Assembly (NCBI GenBank): GCA_035570295.1
Contig: DATMMA010000109.1
Coordinates: 1-58,933, forward strand
DNA from: Streptosporangiaceae bacterium
Lineage (GTDB): Bacteria > Actinomycetota > Actinomycetes > Streptosporangiales > Streptosporangiaceae
DNA: 58,933 nucleotides
Direction of reading: 5' to 3'
Part shown: positions 38,313 through 47,395 of the stretch, piece by piece
Numbering within the stretch: position 1 is the stretch's first letter
Layout: each line of letters starts with the position of its first letter
The notes under the pieces: model-generated
The model's database searches: none
Told to the model about the DNA's origin: nothing
What the model saw: the letters and a program-made list of their open reading frames with translations, nothing else
Program-made: the position numbers and the translations under genes

Positions 38313-39253
38313 CAACCCGCAGCCCGGAGACCGATAGCAGCCAGCAACCGCAAGCCGAGGCCCGCGCGGCGGCCTGGCCCCTGGCACTGGCCGGGCTTAT
38401 CGTCGCCGCGGTCCAGGCTGCCCGGCCCCGGCAGTGGCCGAAGAACCTGCTGGTGTTCACCGCACCACTAGCCGGCGCCACGCTGGGCCGGGCGGACGGC
38501 TTCGGTTACGCCCTGGTAGCGTTCGCGGCCTTCACCGCCGCATCGTCTGCCGTCTATCTGGTCAACGACGTGATGGATGCCCAGCGCGACCGGTTGCATC
38601 CGACCAAACGGCTGCGGCCGATCGCATCCGGCCGGCTGCCGCGCCGGGTGGCAATCGGTCTCGCCATCGCCCTGCTAGGTGTCGCCCTGCTGGCGAGCCT
38701 CGCGATCGGCGAGCCGCGGCTGGCGGGCGTCATCAGCGCCTACGTCACCATGTCCCTGCTCTACAGCCTCGGCCTGAAGCACGTGCCGGGCGCGGAACTG
38801 CTGGTGGTAGCTTTCGGCTTCGTGCTGCGCGCCATCGGCGGGGCCGTCGCCACGCACGTCCCGCCGTCCGCGTGGTTCCTGACCGTGTGCAGTCTCGGTG
38901 CGCTGATGGTGGCGATCGGCAAGCGCTACACCGAACTGTCGGTGCTGGGCGACGAGGCAGCTGCGCACCGGCCGGTGATGCGCTGGTACCGGCCATGGAT
39001 GCTGCGCGCCGGCCAGCGCGGCGCCATGATCGTGATGCTGGTCGCCTACGTACTCTGGGCGCTGGCCGAGCCGGACGCCTGGATGCGCGGCTGGCATCTG
39101 GCCAGCGCGGCGCCCCTCGCGGCCGCGCTCTTCCGGTTCGACCGGCTGACCGGCCTTGCTGACGGCCGTCCGGTTGAGGACCTGATCACCAGGGATCCGA
39201 CGATGATCTGCTGCGAGCTGACGTGGCTGACCACGTTCACGATAGGGCTCTGA
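38309..39253 (+). CDS. ubiA: Decaprenyl-phosphate phosphoribosyltransferase (UbiA-family prenyl-phosphate 5-phosphoribosyltransferase)
   Basis: RQWPKNLLVF, YLVNDVMDAQRDRLHPTKRLRPIASG, and a polytopic membrane profile. Its start overlaps the upstream stop (ATGA). Confidence 0.85.
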   Translation: MTTRSPETDSSQQPQAEARAAAWPLALAGLIVAAVQAARPRQWPKNLLVFTAPLAGATLGRADGFGYALVAFAAFTAASSAVYLVNDVMDAQRDRLHPTKRLRPIASGRLPRRVAIGLAIALLGVALLASLAIGEPRLAGVISAYVTMSLLYSLGLKHVPGAELLVVAFGFVLRAIGGAVATHVPPSAWFLTVCSLGALMVAIGKRYTELSVLGDEAAAHRPVMRWYRPWMLRAGQRGAMIVMLVAYVLWALAEPDAWMRGWHLASAAPLAAALFRFDRLTGLADGRPVEDLITRDPTMICCELTWLTTFTIGL

Positions 39254-40623
39254 TGACCGTCGCGACGGACAGGCTGGCGGACCGCTACGCTGCCGTTCGC
39301 CAGGTCATGACCGGGTTCGGCCGGATCGGCGGCTCCGCGGCCGCGGTCATCGGCCTGCCCAGCGTCGGCCGGCTACAAGAACTCATTGCCGCCGGGCCGC
39401 CGGCCGGCCTGATTGCCCGCGGATCCGGGCTGAGCTATGGCGACGCCGCGCTGAACCGGGACGGCCTGGTCGTGACTCCGGTCAGCACCTCGGCAGTAGA
39501 TCTCGACACGGACCGCCAAACCGTGACCGCCACCGCGAGCACGACCTTCGCCGAGATCCTCAGCCACATCGTTCCGGCGGGCTTCATCCTTCCGGTACTG
39601 CCTGCTACCCGGCACCTGACGGTAGGCGGCGCGATCGCGGCAGACGTGCACGGCAAGAACCACCGTCAGGCTGGCAGCTTGTCGGCCTGGGTCGAGCGGG
39701 TCGAGTTGCTTGACGGCACCGGCGAAGTGCGGCAGCTCAGCCTGGTGTCCGATCCGCCCGGCCTGCGGTCGACGGTCGGCGGCATGGGGCTGACAGGCGT
39801 GGTGCTCCGCGCGACGATCCGGCTGCGGCGGATCGAGACCAGCATGGTGCACGTCATCTCGCGCCGAGCGGCCGATCTCGACTCGGCGCTGAGCTTGCTC
39901 GAGGCGACGACGACGCAGTACTCAGTGGCCTGGATCGACGCGACCGCGTCTGGCAAATCGCTCGGCCGTGGTGTCGTGGAGGAAGCCGATCATGCGATCA
40001 GGGCCGACCTGCCCGGCGCGCGGAACGACCTGAGCTACCGCCAGCGGCGCCCGCGCCGGGGTCAGGCCACGCCAGTGGCCCTGGTAACGCCGCTGACCGC
40101 GCGGGCGCTGAGCGGCCTGCGGTTCGCCGCGGCCACGAAGGGGCGCTCTGGCCTGGCCGACCTCGCCACGTTCTTTCACCGGCTGGACGCGGTGCAAGGG
40201 TGGAATCAGGCCGTGAGCCCGCACGGGCTGGTCCAGTACCAGTTCGTGGTGCCGCTCGGCGCCGAGACCGTGCTCGCTGAGGTGCTGGCGTCGGTGCAGC
40301 GCCATCGCTGCGCACCAGTCTTTGGCACGCTGAGGAGATTTGGTATCGGCAGCGGCGGGCCGTTGTCGTTCCCGCTGGCCGGCTGGTGCCTGGCGGTCGA
40401 CATGCCGGCCGGGCAAGCTCAGCTCGGCCCCCTGCTCACCGGGCTGGACCTGCGAGTAGCTGAGGCGGGCGGCCGGATCGACCTGGCCAAGGACGTCAGG
40501 CTCGGCCGGTACGCACTCGAGTCGATGTACCGCAAGCTAACCGACTGGCAGGCTGTCAGGGCCCGGCTAGACCCCCGCGGAGTCTTCCAGTCCGACCTCG
40601 GCCGTAGGCTCGGCCTGTGCTGA
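39253..40623 (+). CDS. dprE1: Decaprenylphosphoryl-beta-D-ribose 2'-oxidase (FAD-dependent)
   Basis: TGFGRIGGS, ARGSGLSYGDAALN, and PVLPATRHLTVGGAIAADVHGKNH align closely by eye with my recollection of mycobacterial DprE1. The ATG overlaps the ubiA stop (TGATG). Confidence 0.85.
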   Translation: MTVATDRLADRYAAVRQVMTGFGRIGGSAAAVIGLPSVGRLQELIAAGPPAGLIARGSGLSYGDAALNRDGLVVTPVSTSAVDLDTDRQTVTATASTTFAEILSHIVPAGFILPVLPATRHLTVGGAIAADVHGKNHRQAGSLSAWVERVELLDGTGEVRQLSLVSDPPGLRSTVGGMGLTGVVLRATIRLRRIETSMVHVISRRAADLDSALSLLEATTTQYSVAWIDATASGKSLGRGVVEEADHAIRADLPGARNDLSYRQRRPRRGQATPVALVTPLTARALSGLRFAAATKGRSGLADLATFFHRLDAVQGWNQAVSPHGLVQYQFVVPLGAETVLAEVLASVQRHRCAPVFGTLRRFGIGSGGPLSFPLAGWCLAVDMPAGQAQLGPLLTGLDLRVAEAGGRIDLAKDVRLGRYALESMYRKLTDWQAVRARLDPRGVFQSDLGRRLGLC

Positions 40624-41405
40624 GTACCGGGTCCAAGGACCGCAGCCGGCCGGCCGCAGCGGGCGAGACCGCCGGGCGGCCGGGTCGCGTGCTGCTGATC
40701 GGTGGCACCAGTGAGATCGGGCTGGCAATCCTGGCGGCCCTGCGGCTCAGCCCGGCAGCTGCAGTCCTGCTCGCGGGCCGGGATGCCGAGCGGCTCCAAG
40801 CCGCGGCGGCCGCGCTACCCTGCCAGGCGACCGTACTTCGCTATGACGCAACTGAGCCAGGCGCCGGGCCCGCTCTCGCCGCCGCCGCCTTCAGTGACGG
40901 CCCTGTCGACCTGGTGATCTCGGCCGCCGGGGTGCTCACGCCCCAGGACCGCATGGACCAGGCTCCCGACGAGGCTGGCGTGCTCATCGAGACGAATTTC
41001 ACCAGCCACGTGACAGCGCTGCTCGCGCTGACCACGCGGATGCGTGCAGCGGGACGCGGCACGATCGTCATCCTGTCGTCGGTGGCGGCGATCAGGCCGC
41101 GTAAGGCGAACTTCGTGTACGGCGCGGCGAAGGCCGGCCTCGACGCTTTTGGCCGCGGCCTGGCGGACTCCCTGCACGGATCAGGCGTGCGCGTGCTGCT
41201 GGTCAGGCCGGGCTTCGTCATCGGGCGGATGACTGCGGGCATGGAGCCGGCCCCGCTGGCCACCACCCCCGAGCAGGTCGGCGCTGCCGTGGCGGCCGGA
41301 CTGGCCGGGCGGGCAAACCTGATCTGGGTGCCGCCTTCGCTCGGCCCGGCAGCTATCCTGATGCGCCTGATGCCGCGGCGCGTCTGGCGCCAGCTACGCA
41401 GGTAG
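40617..41405 (+). CDS. dprE2: Decaprenylphospho-2'-keto-ribose reductase (SDR family)
   Basis: VLLIGGTSEIGLAI Rossmann motif, SSVAA...YGAAKAG (SDR YxxxK). GTG start overlapping the dprE1 stop. Confidence 0.85.
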   Translation: MLSTGSKDRSRPAAAGETAGRPGRVLLIGGTSEIGLAILAALRLSPAAAVLLAGRDAERLQAAAAALPCQATVLRYDATEPGAGPALAAAAFSDGPVDLVISAAGVLTPQDRMDQAPDEAGVLIETNFTSHVTALLALTTRMRAAGRGTIVILSSVAAIRPRKANFVYGAAKAGLDAFGRGLADSLHGSGVRVLLVRPGFVIGRMTAGMEPAPLATTPEQVGAAVAAGLAGRANLIWVPPSLGPAAILMRLMPRRVWRQLRR

Positions 41406-41433
41406 CCCAGGGTCAGTACGGCTCGGAGAGATC

Positions 41434-42102
41434 ATGCGGGTGCTGGTCGCGGAGGACGACAGCGGGCTATGTGACGTGCTTGCCCGCGGCTTGCGAGAGC
41501 ACGACTATGTAGTCGACGCGGTGCGCAACGGCGAGGACGCTGTCAAGTACCTGCGCAGCTACAGCTACGAACTGGTGCTACTCGACTGGCGGATGCCGGG
41601 CATGTCCGGCCTGGATGTCGTGCGCTGGATGCGGCGGCACAACCAGCCAGCCCCGGTTTTGATGCTGACAGCCCGCGATGCGCCAGCTGACCGGGTTACC
41701 GGGCTCGACGAGGGGGCTGACGACTACCTGGTCAAGCCCTTCGACTTCGATGAACTGCTGGCGCGGATGCGCGCCCTGCTGCGCCGCCCGCCGGCGGTGC
41801 AGCAGCCCGAGCTTGCCGTCGGCGACCTGCGCTTCGATCCCGCGACCCGCGAGGTGCGGGTCGGCACCCGCCACCCCGTGCTCACGGCTACCGAGTTCGG
41901 CATCCTCGAGCTGCTGGTACGCAAGTCGCCGGCGGTCGTCCCGCGACGGTCGATCGCGGTGAACGTCTGGGACGACGAGTCGGATGCGATGGGATCCAAC
42001 ACGATTGACGTGCACCTGGCCCGGCTGCGGGCAAAGCTGGCTGGCGGCATGGTCAGGATCGAGACCATTCGCGGCGTCGGCTACCGCCTCGTGGAACGGT
42101 AG
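41434..42102 (+). CDS. OmpR/PhoB-family response regulator
   Basis: MRVLVAEDD, LLDWRMPGMSG (phospho-acceptor Asp), C-terminal winged helix (IETIRGVGYRL). GGAGAG RBS. Confidence 0.9.
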   Translation: MRVLVAEDDSGLCDVLARGLREHDYVVDAVRNGEDAVKYLRSYSYELVLLDWRMPGMSGLDVVRWMRRHNQPAPVLMLTARDAPADRVTGLDEGADDYLVKPFDFDELLARMRALLRRPPAVQQPELAVGDLRFDPATREVRVGTRHPVLTATEFGILELLVRKSPAVVPRRSIAVNVWDDESDAMGSNTIDVHLARLRAKLAGGMVRIETIRGVGYRLVER

Positions 42103-42105
42103 CCG

Positions 42106-43443
42106 ATGCGGCTGCGCGGCGGCGTGCCGCCGAAAGTGGTCCACGCGGCGAAGGTAGCGGCGGCCGCCAGCCTGCTCGTCGGCGTTGTCTACGCGGCCTG
42201 CGTGACCGTACTGGACCAGGTGGTAACGGCCAGGATGATCGAGGCGGTCGATGTCCGGCTGGCCGAACGGCTGTCTGACGTGCGCGAGATCGGCCTGCAG
42301 GCGCCGGATGAGGACGACATCGATTCAACTCCGGTCTACGTGTGGCAAGTGGGGCGGTCCGCACCGGTCTCGCGGGCCAGCCCCGGCGCGCCGGCGCTGC
42401 CGTCCAGCGTCCGCCTCCGACCGGATGGCGAGAAAACCGCCCGGCTGTCCGGAGCGCCGTTCCGGTTCGTCGCAGGCTCTGAAAACGGCGCCGGGCTGAT
42501 TGCCGGCCAGAGCTTGCAGAGCGTGGATCACCTGACCGCACTGCTGCGGGATGGCGAAGCTCTTGCGGCTCCTGTCCTGCTGCTGTCCGTGTTCGCCGGC
42601 GCGCTCACCATCGGGCTGCGTGCACTCTCCCCGGTCGAGCAGTCACGCCGGCGCCAGCTCGAGTTCACCGCGGACGCGTCGCACGAGTTGCGCTCGCCGC
42701 TGAGCGTGATCAGCGCGGAGACCAGCATCGCTCTCAGCGCCCCCCGGCAGCCGGCCGAATACCGTGCCGCACTGACCCGGATCGAAGACGAGAGCACCCG
42801 GCTGTGCAAGATCGTCGAAGACCTGCTCTGGCTGGCCCGGTTTGACTCGGCGCCGCCGCAGCCTCGTGAGGAGCCGCTGGACCTCGCGACCATCGCCGGC
42901 CAGTGCGCTGAGCGGTTCCGTGCGGTCGGCACCACCAGGGAGTTCGATATCGAGGTAGTGACGAGCGGATCCGCGCCAGCCTGGATTAGCGCCCCGCCGG
43001 AGTGGATCGACCGGCTGACCGGAGTGCTGGTCGACAACGCCTGCCGGTACGCCGGGGCAGGCGGGACAGTCCGGATCACCGTCGCGCATCGCGGCAGCAG
43101 AGTGACGATGACCGTCGAGGACACCGGGCCGGGCATCCCCGCTGAGCTGCGACCCTGGCTATTCGACCGGTTTCGCAGGTCAACCGAGCAGGGCGGCAGT
43201 GCGGGCCTTGGCCTCGCGATCGCCGACTCGATCGTCCGCTCGACCGACGGGCAGTGGCGGCTCGGCGATTCTGAGCTGGGCGGAGCGCTGTTCGAGGTGT
43301 CCTGGCGCCGCGTCGCCGTCCGGCAGCACGGCACTGTGCCCACGAAGCCAGGGTCGCCAGCCAGGCCGGAAGCGCCAGCCGGGCCGGAAACGCCAGTCAA
43401 TCCAGATCACGCTGGACGGTCCAGCCAGCCGACGGCGATGTAG
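42106..43443 (+). CDS. Sensor histidine kinase
   Basis: Two TM segments, H-box FTADASHELRSPLS, N/G boxes (DNACRYAG, DTGPGIP, GLGLAI). Starts 4 nt after the regulator stop. Confidence 0.85.
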   Translation: MRLRGGVPPKVVHAAKVAAAASLLVGVVYAACVTVLDQVVTARMIEAVDVRLAERLSDVREIGLQAPDEDDIDSTPVYVWQVGRSAPVSRASPGAPALPSSVRLRPDGEKTARLSGAPFRFVAGSENGAGLIAGQSLQSVDHLTALLRDGEALAAPVLLLSVFAGALTIGLRALSPVEQSRRRQLEFTADASHELRSPLSVISAETSIALSAPRQPAEYRAALTRIEDESTRLCKIVEDLLWLARFDSAPPQPREEPLDLATIAGQCAERFRAVGTTREFDIEVVTSGSAPAWISAPPEWIDRLTGVLVDNACRYAGAGGTVRITVAHRGSRVTMTVEDTGPGIPAELRPWLFDRFRRSTEQGGSAGLGLAIADSIVRSTDGQWRLGDSELGGALFEVSWRRVAVRQHGTVPTKPGSPARPEAPAGPETPVNPDHAGRSSQPTAM

Positions 43444-44756
43444 GCGGTCACGGCCGCCACGATGATCGGCGGCAGGAGGGCGACACCATTGCCGTACAGC
43501 AGCAGGGTCGCCACCAGCACGGCGGTCATCGGCAGCCTGAGCACTGCCGCGATCATCGCTCCGATGCCCATGGCGATTCCGGCTACCGCCGGCATGCCCG
43601 GCAGATGAGAGAGCGCGACACCCGCCACCGCGCCGACGAACACGGCGGGAAAGATCGGCCCGCCGCGAAAGCTGCTCAGCGATACGCCGTACGCGACCGC
43701 CTTGCAGGCCAGCAACAGCACGAGCACGCCAAGGCCGAAGCTGGCGCGATGGCTGACGAAGGGGCCGAGCTGGCTCTGGCCGGAAAACAGCACGTTAGCT
43801 GCTGATTTGCCGGTCAGCTGACTGAACAGTACGGCGAATCCGGCGACCACCAGTCCGGCCACCGGCGTCAGGACGAGCCGGCGCGGCGCCACTGCGTCCC
43901 GCAGCAGCAGCGCGAACCTCCGGATTGCCTCCGCCAGGACCGCCGCTGCCAGCCCGACCGGCAGGGCCAGGCCAATCTCGGCCAGGCTGGGCCGGGCGAA
44001 GTGCGGCAGGCCGGGGAGAGCGAGTGAGAACGTGCCAAGGCCGCTAAAGCGGCCGAGACCGGTGAACACTAGCGCCCCGATGCCGGACGCCAGCAGGCCG
44101 GGAACGAGAACTAGCTCCATCGTCGCGCCGCCGAGCCCGGCCGCTTCCATCAGCAGGAACGCGCCCGCAAGAGGCGACCCGAGTAGCGTGCTGACAGCCG
44201 CGAAACTGCCGGCCGCGGCGATGACCACCTTGGCCCGGTCGCTACCGCCTGCCCGCGCCCTGGCCACCGCCCAGGCGGCCACGCCACCACCGAGCGCGAG
44301 CAGCGGGGCCTCCGGGCCGAGCACGGCGCCAATGCTCAGCGTGCCCAGCGCCGCCAGGAACACGCCGGGAATGTCTCTGGGTGCCACCACACCGCCGGCC
44401 TTGAAGCCCTCGGCCGGCTCATGACCGGCCGTTCCCGGCAAGTACCTGATGACGAGAGCAACGGCAAGGCCCCCGATCAACAACAGCGGGAACGCCCACC
44501 AAAGTGGTGGCCGCGCCAGCCCGACGCCGGACGGCAGGCTGGTGAAAAGCAACCCTTGCAGCAGGCTGACCAGCGCCAGGAAGCCCCAGGCGAGCGCAGA
44601 GACGGGCACGCCGATGATCGCGGCCAGCAGCAGCAGCCGCAGGTAGGCGGGGCTGCGCATCAGCGCGACAGCATCGGCGGGCGTGCTCAGCTGCGATCTC
44701 CCCGGCGGCAGGCGCGATCGGACCGCCGGGATCCGGCGGTTTATCCCGACGTTCAA
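43407..44756 (-). CDS. ClC-family chloride channel / H+-Cl- antiporter
   Basis: 10+ TM segments, with GPEAPLLALGGG (GxEGP-type) and GGPIFPAVFVGA selectivity motifs. Its 3' end overlaps the kinase gene by 37 nt (convergent). Confidence 0.85.
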   Translation of the reverse strand: MNVGINRRIPAVRSRLPPGRSQLSTPADAVALMRSPAYLRLLLLAAIIGVPVSALAWGFLALVSLLQGLLFTSLPSGVGLARPPLWWAFPLLLIGGLAVALVIRYLPGTAGHEPAEGFKAGGVVAPRDIPGVFLAALGTLSIGAVLGPEAPLLALGGGVAAWAVARARAGGSDRAKVVIAAAGSFAAVSTLLGSPLAGAFLLMEAAGLGGATMELVLVPGLLASGIGALVFTGLGRFSGLGTFSLALPGLPHFARPSLAEIGLALPVGLAAAVLAEAIRRFALLLRDAVAPRRLVLTPVAGLVVAGFAVLFSQLTGKSAANVLFSGQSQLGPFVSHRASFGLGVLVLLLACKAVAYGVSLSSFRGGPIFPAVFVGAVAGVALSHLPGMPAVAGIAMGIGAMIAAVLRLPMTAVLVATLLLYGNGVALLPPIIVAAVTAYIAVGWLDRPA

Positions 44757-44871
44757 CTGCCCGCCCGGGGGTCAGTTCACTCCCCCGCCGCTCCGGCAGG
44801 CCTGTCCCGTCACATCGGTCGCCTGCCGGGTGTCAGTCTGGATGAGACCGGGGGGCGAAGGAAGTGAACAG

Positions 44872-45855
44872 ATGAGCGAGAACGACCTGGGCGGCTTGCT
44901 GGCGGGCGACAGCAACGGAGCGCCGGACGGCGGAGAGCGCGACTGGCTTGCGGATCGGTTCGAGGAGCAGCGGGCACACCTGCACGCGGTTGCCTACCGG
45001 ATGCTGGGCTCGCTCGACGACGCCGACGACGCCGTGCAGGACACCTGGCTGCGGGTGAGCCGTGCGGGCGCAGACGACGTGGCGAACCTCGGCGGCTGGC
45101 TGACTACGATCGTTTCCAGGATTTGCCTGAACATGCTGCGCTCCCGCAACGGCAGGCGCGAGGAGTCGCTGGAGGTGCGCCTTCCCGACCCGATCGTCAG
45201 CCCGGCGGCGAAATCGCAGCCGGAGGATGAGGCATTGCTGGCCGACTCGGTCGGCCTTGCACTGCTGGTCGTACTCGACGCCCTGACACCGGCCGAGCGA
45301 CTGGCGTTCGTGTTGCATGACATGTTCGGGCTGCCGTTCGAGGAGATCGCCCCGGTGGTCGGCCGGACTGCCGCGGCCGCACGGCAACTTGCCAGCAGAG
45401 CCCGGCGCCGGGTCTCCGGCGCCGGGCTCGCCGCGCCAGACCCCGACCTGGCCCGCCAGCGGGAGGTGGTCGATGCGTTCTTCGCAGCTGCCCGCGACGG
45501 TGACTTCGACGCCCTGCTGAAGGTGCTCCATCCCGGCGTTGTCCTGCGCATCGATGCGGGTGGCTTCCACGCTGCGGCGTCTATGGAGGTCCGCGGTGCG
45601 CCGGCCGTCGCGCGGCAGGCGCTCAGCGGCCTGACGAGCCTGCTGCAGGTCGTTCGCCTGACCCACGTCGTCGTCAACGGCGCCGCCGGAGTGGTCGCTT
45701 CCCGGCGCGACCTTCCCGTGACCGTCATTGGCTTCACCATTGCCGACGGCAAGATCGTCGAGATGGACTCGATCGCCGACCCCGAGCGCGTCCGCAGGAT
45801 CACGGCGGGTTCTGGCGTGGGGCCCGACGCGCCAGATTCCCCGCGCGAAGAATGA
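44872..45855 (+). CDS. ECF sigma-70 factor with a C-terminal SnoaL-like extension (SigJ / ECF41-like)
   Basis: Region 2 is HLHAVAYRMLGSLDDADDAVQDTWLR. Region 4 is LTPAERLAFVLHDMFGLPFEEIAPVVGRTAAAARQLASRARRR. A roughly 120-aa extra C-terminal domain follows. ATG at 44872 after GGCGAAGGAAG. Confidence 0.85.
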   Translation: MSENDLGGLLAGDSNGAPDGGERDWLADRFEEQRAHLHAVAYRMLGSLDDADDAVQDTWLRVSRAGADDVANLGGWLTTIVSRICLNMLRSRNGRREESLEVRLPDPIVSPAAKSQPEDEALLADSVGLALLVVLDALTPAERLAFVLHDMFGLPFEEIAPVVGRTAAAARQLASRARRRVSGAGLAAPDPDLARQREVVDAFFAAARDGDFDALLKVLHPGVVLRIDAGGFHAAASMEVRGAPAVARQALSGLTSLLQVVRLTHVVVNGAAGVVASRRDLPVTVIGFTIADGKIVEMDSIADPERVRRITAGSGVGPDAPDSPREE

Positions 45856-45918
45856 GGGACGGCCCGTCATCCCGGATGAAATCAGCGGTTCGCGAGAGAT
45901 CGGCGCGGGGGGGCGGCC

Positions 45919-46452
45919 TTAGGTTCGCTGCTCGCCCTGCCGGCTCGTTGCGGAGCGCAGGTGCCGGCGAGCCCTGCGCACTCGCCGCCAGCGGCCGACG
46001 GCCGCGATCAGGAGCGCCGCCAGAGCAGGCGCCAGCCATGCGATGTGCGGAAGCTCACCGGCACCAACGAGCGCGAAGACAGGCAATTCAGCAAGGATTG
46101 GCAGGACGACCAGGAGTATCTCGCCGGCCCCGGCGCGCGCCACCGGAACGGCTTGAGCAGGAACACTGGCAGTATTGATGACGCCGGCATAGCCCATGGA
46201 ACCAACGCCGCCAATATTGACTAGCTCCAATTTCGGTGGCGGCGCATCGTCCTTGTGCAGCAATGGACCGACGTCTGGCTCCTGCGCCAATTGCATTGAC
46301 TGGTAGACCGCGGGATCCGTAAGACTGATGCTGTCCCTGGACGTGGTTCCGTCGTCCTTGACCAGGTCCGTCGGCACGCCCTGGGAGAACCACCGGTACT
46401 CGTGCCGGTTAGCCGGATCCTCGTACCAGCCTTCCTTGACAAGCTCGGCCAT
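45919..46452 (-). CDS. Hypothetical membrane protein with an N-terminal DUF2510-like motif
   Basis: GWYEDPANRHEYRWFSQG resembles the GWYxDP...RYWDG repeat. C-terminal TM segments and a basic tail. The ATG at 46452 has a GAGGGGA RBS. The longer ORF-track start overlaps pstB. Confidence 0.5.
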   Translation of the reverse strand: MAELVKEGWYEDPANRHEYRWFSQGVPTDLVKDDGTTSRDSISLTDPAVYQSMQLAQEPDVGPLLHKDDAPPPKLELVNIGGVGSMGYAGVINTASVPAQAVPVARAGAGEILLVVLPILAELPVFALVGAGELPHIAWLAPALAALLIAAVGRWRRVRRARRHLRSATSRQGEQRT

Positions 46453-46510
46453 TCTGATCCCCTCTGGCGGGCCCGAGATGTGCCGGTCGCCGAGCGAACT
46501 ATAACCCCGA

Positions 46511-47338
46511 TCAACCAAATCGGCCATGCACGTAATCAGCAGTGCGGGGATCGACCGGACTCTCGAACAACTGGCGCGTCGCCCCGGATTCCACGATGGC
46601 GCCGGGCGTGTTCTCCGCTGCCAGGAAGAAGGCGCAGTTGTCGGAGACGCGCTGCGCCTGCTGCATGTTGTGCGTCACGATCACGATCGTGACCTGGTTC
46701 TCGAGCTCGCCGATCGTCTCCTCGATCCGCCTGGTGGAGGTCGGGTCAAGCGCCGAGCACGGCTCGTCCATCAGCAACACGTCCGGCGAGACGGCCAGCG
46801 CCCTGGCGATGCACAAGCGCTGCTGCTGCCCGCCGGACAGCGCTCCGCCAGGGGACTTGAGCCGTTGCTGCACTTCGCGCCACAGGCCAGCCCGGCGCAA
46901 GCTCGTCTCGACCAGACTGTCGGTGTCGGGGACTTTGATGCCAGACAGCTTCAGGCCGCTGGCCACGTTCTCGTAGATGGACATGGCCGGGAAAGGATTC
47001 GGTTTCTGGAACACCATCCCGATCCGGCGGCGTATGTCAGCTGGCCTGACGGCAGGCTGATAGATGTCCTGGTCGCCGAGCCTTACCTGGCCGGCCAGCT
47101 GCGCACCCTTCACCATTTCGTGCATGCGGTTCAATACCCGCAGGAACGTGGACTTGCCACAGCCGGATGGCCCGATGAGCGCGGTTACCTTGCCGGGCTC
47201 CATCCGCAGCGACACGCGCTCCAGCACCTTGTGGCCGCTGAACCAGGCGGACACGTTGCGCGCGTCGAGCCCCACCAATCCAGGGTCACGGGTCAGTGTC
47301 TCGGACGGGTAACTGTCAGTCACGGCGATATCGGTCAC
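46511..47338 (-). CDS. pstB: Phosphate ABC transporter ATP-binding protein PstB
   Basis: Walker A GPSGCGKST, signature LSGGQQQRLCIARA, Walker B LLMDEPCSALD, and the PstB-typical C-terminal TADYVHGRFG. Confidence 0.95.
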   Translation of the reverse strand: MTDIAVTDSYPSETLTRDPGLVGLDARNVSAWFSGHKVLERVSLRMEPGKVTALIGPSGCGKSTFLRVLNRMHEMVKGAQLAGQVRLGDQDIYQPAVRPADIRRRIGMVFQKPNPFPAMSIYENVASGLKLSGIKVPDTDSLVETSLRRAGLWREVQQRLKSPGGALSGGQQQRLCIARALAVSPDVLLMDEPCSALDPTSTRRIEETIGELENQVTIVIVTHNMQQAQRVSDNCAFFLAAENTPGAIVESGATRQLFESPVDPRTADYVHGRFG

Positions 47339-47367
47339 AGCAGGACTCCGGCCTGTTCGCAGGGTTC

Positions 47368-47395
47368 GGGTTCGGCAGTTCGGGTTCGGCAGTTA
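47368..47395. repeat. 14-bp tandem duplication at the stop codon of the sortase-like gene
   Basis: GGGTTCGGCAGTTC / GGGTTCGGCAGTTA, preceded by a partial GGGTTC. On the minus strand, CTGCCGAACC also ends the coding sequence (LPNL). Confidence 0.7.

Noticed and set aside
43407-43443. The 37-bp convergent overlap of the histidine kinase and ClC channel genes as a possible antisense regulatory feature
   Set aside because: Short 3'-3' overlaps are common in compact high-GC genomes. The kinase tail is low-complexity and may end functionally earlier. There is no additional structure to support a function.
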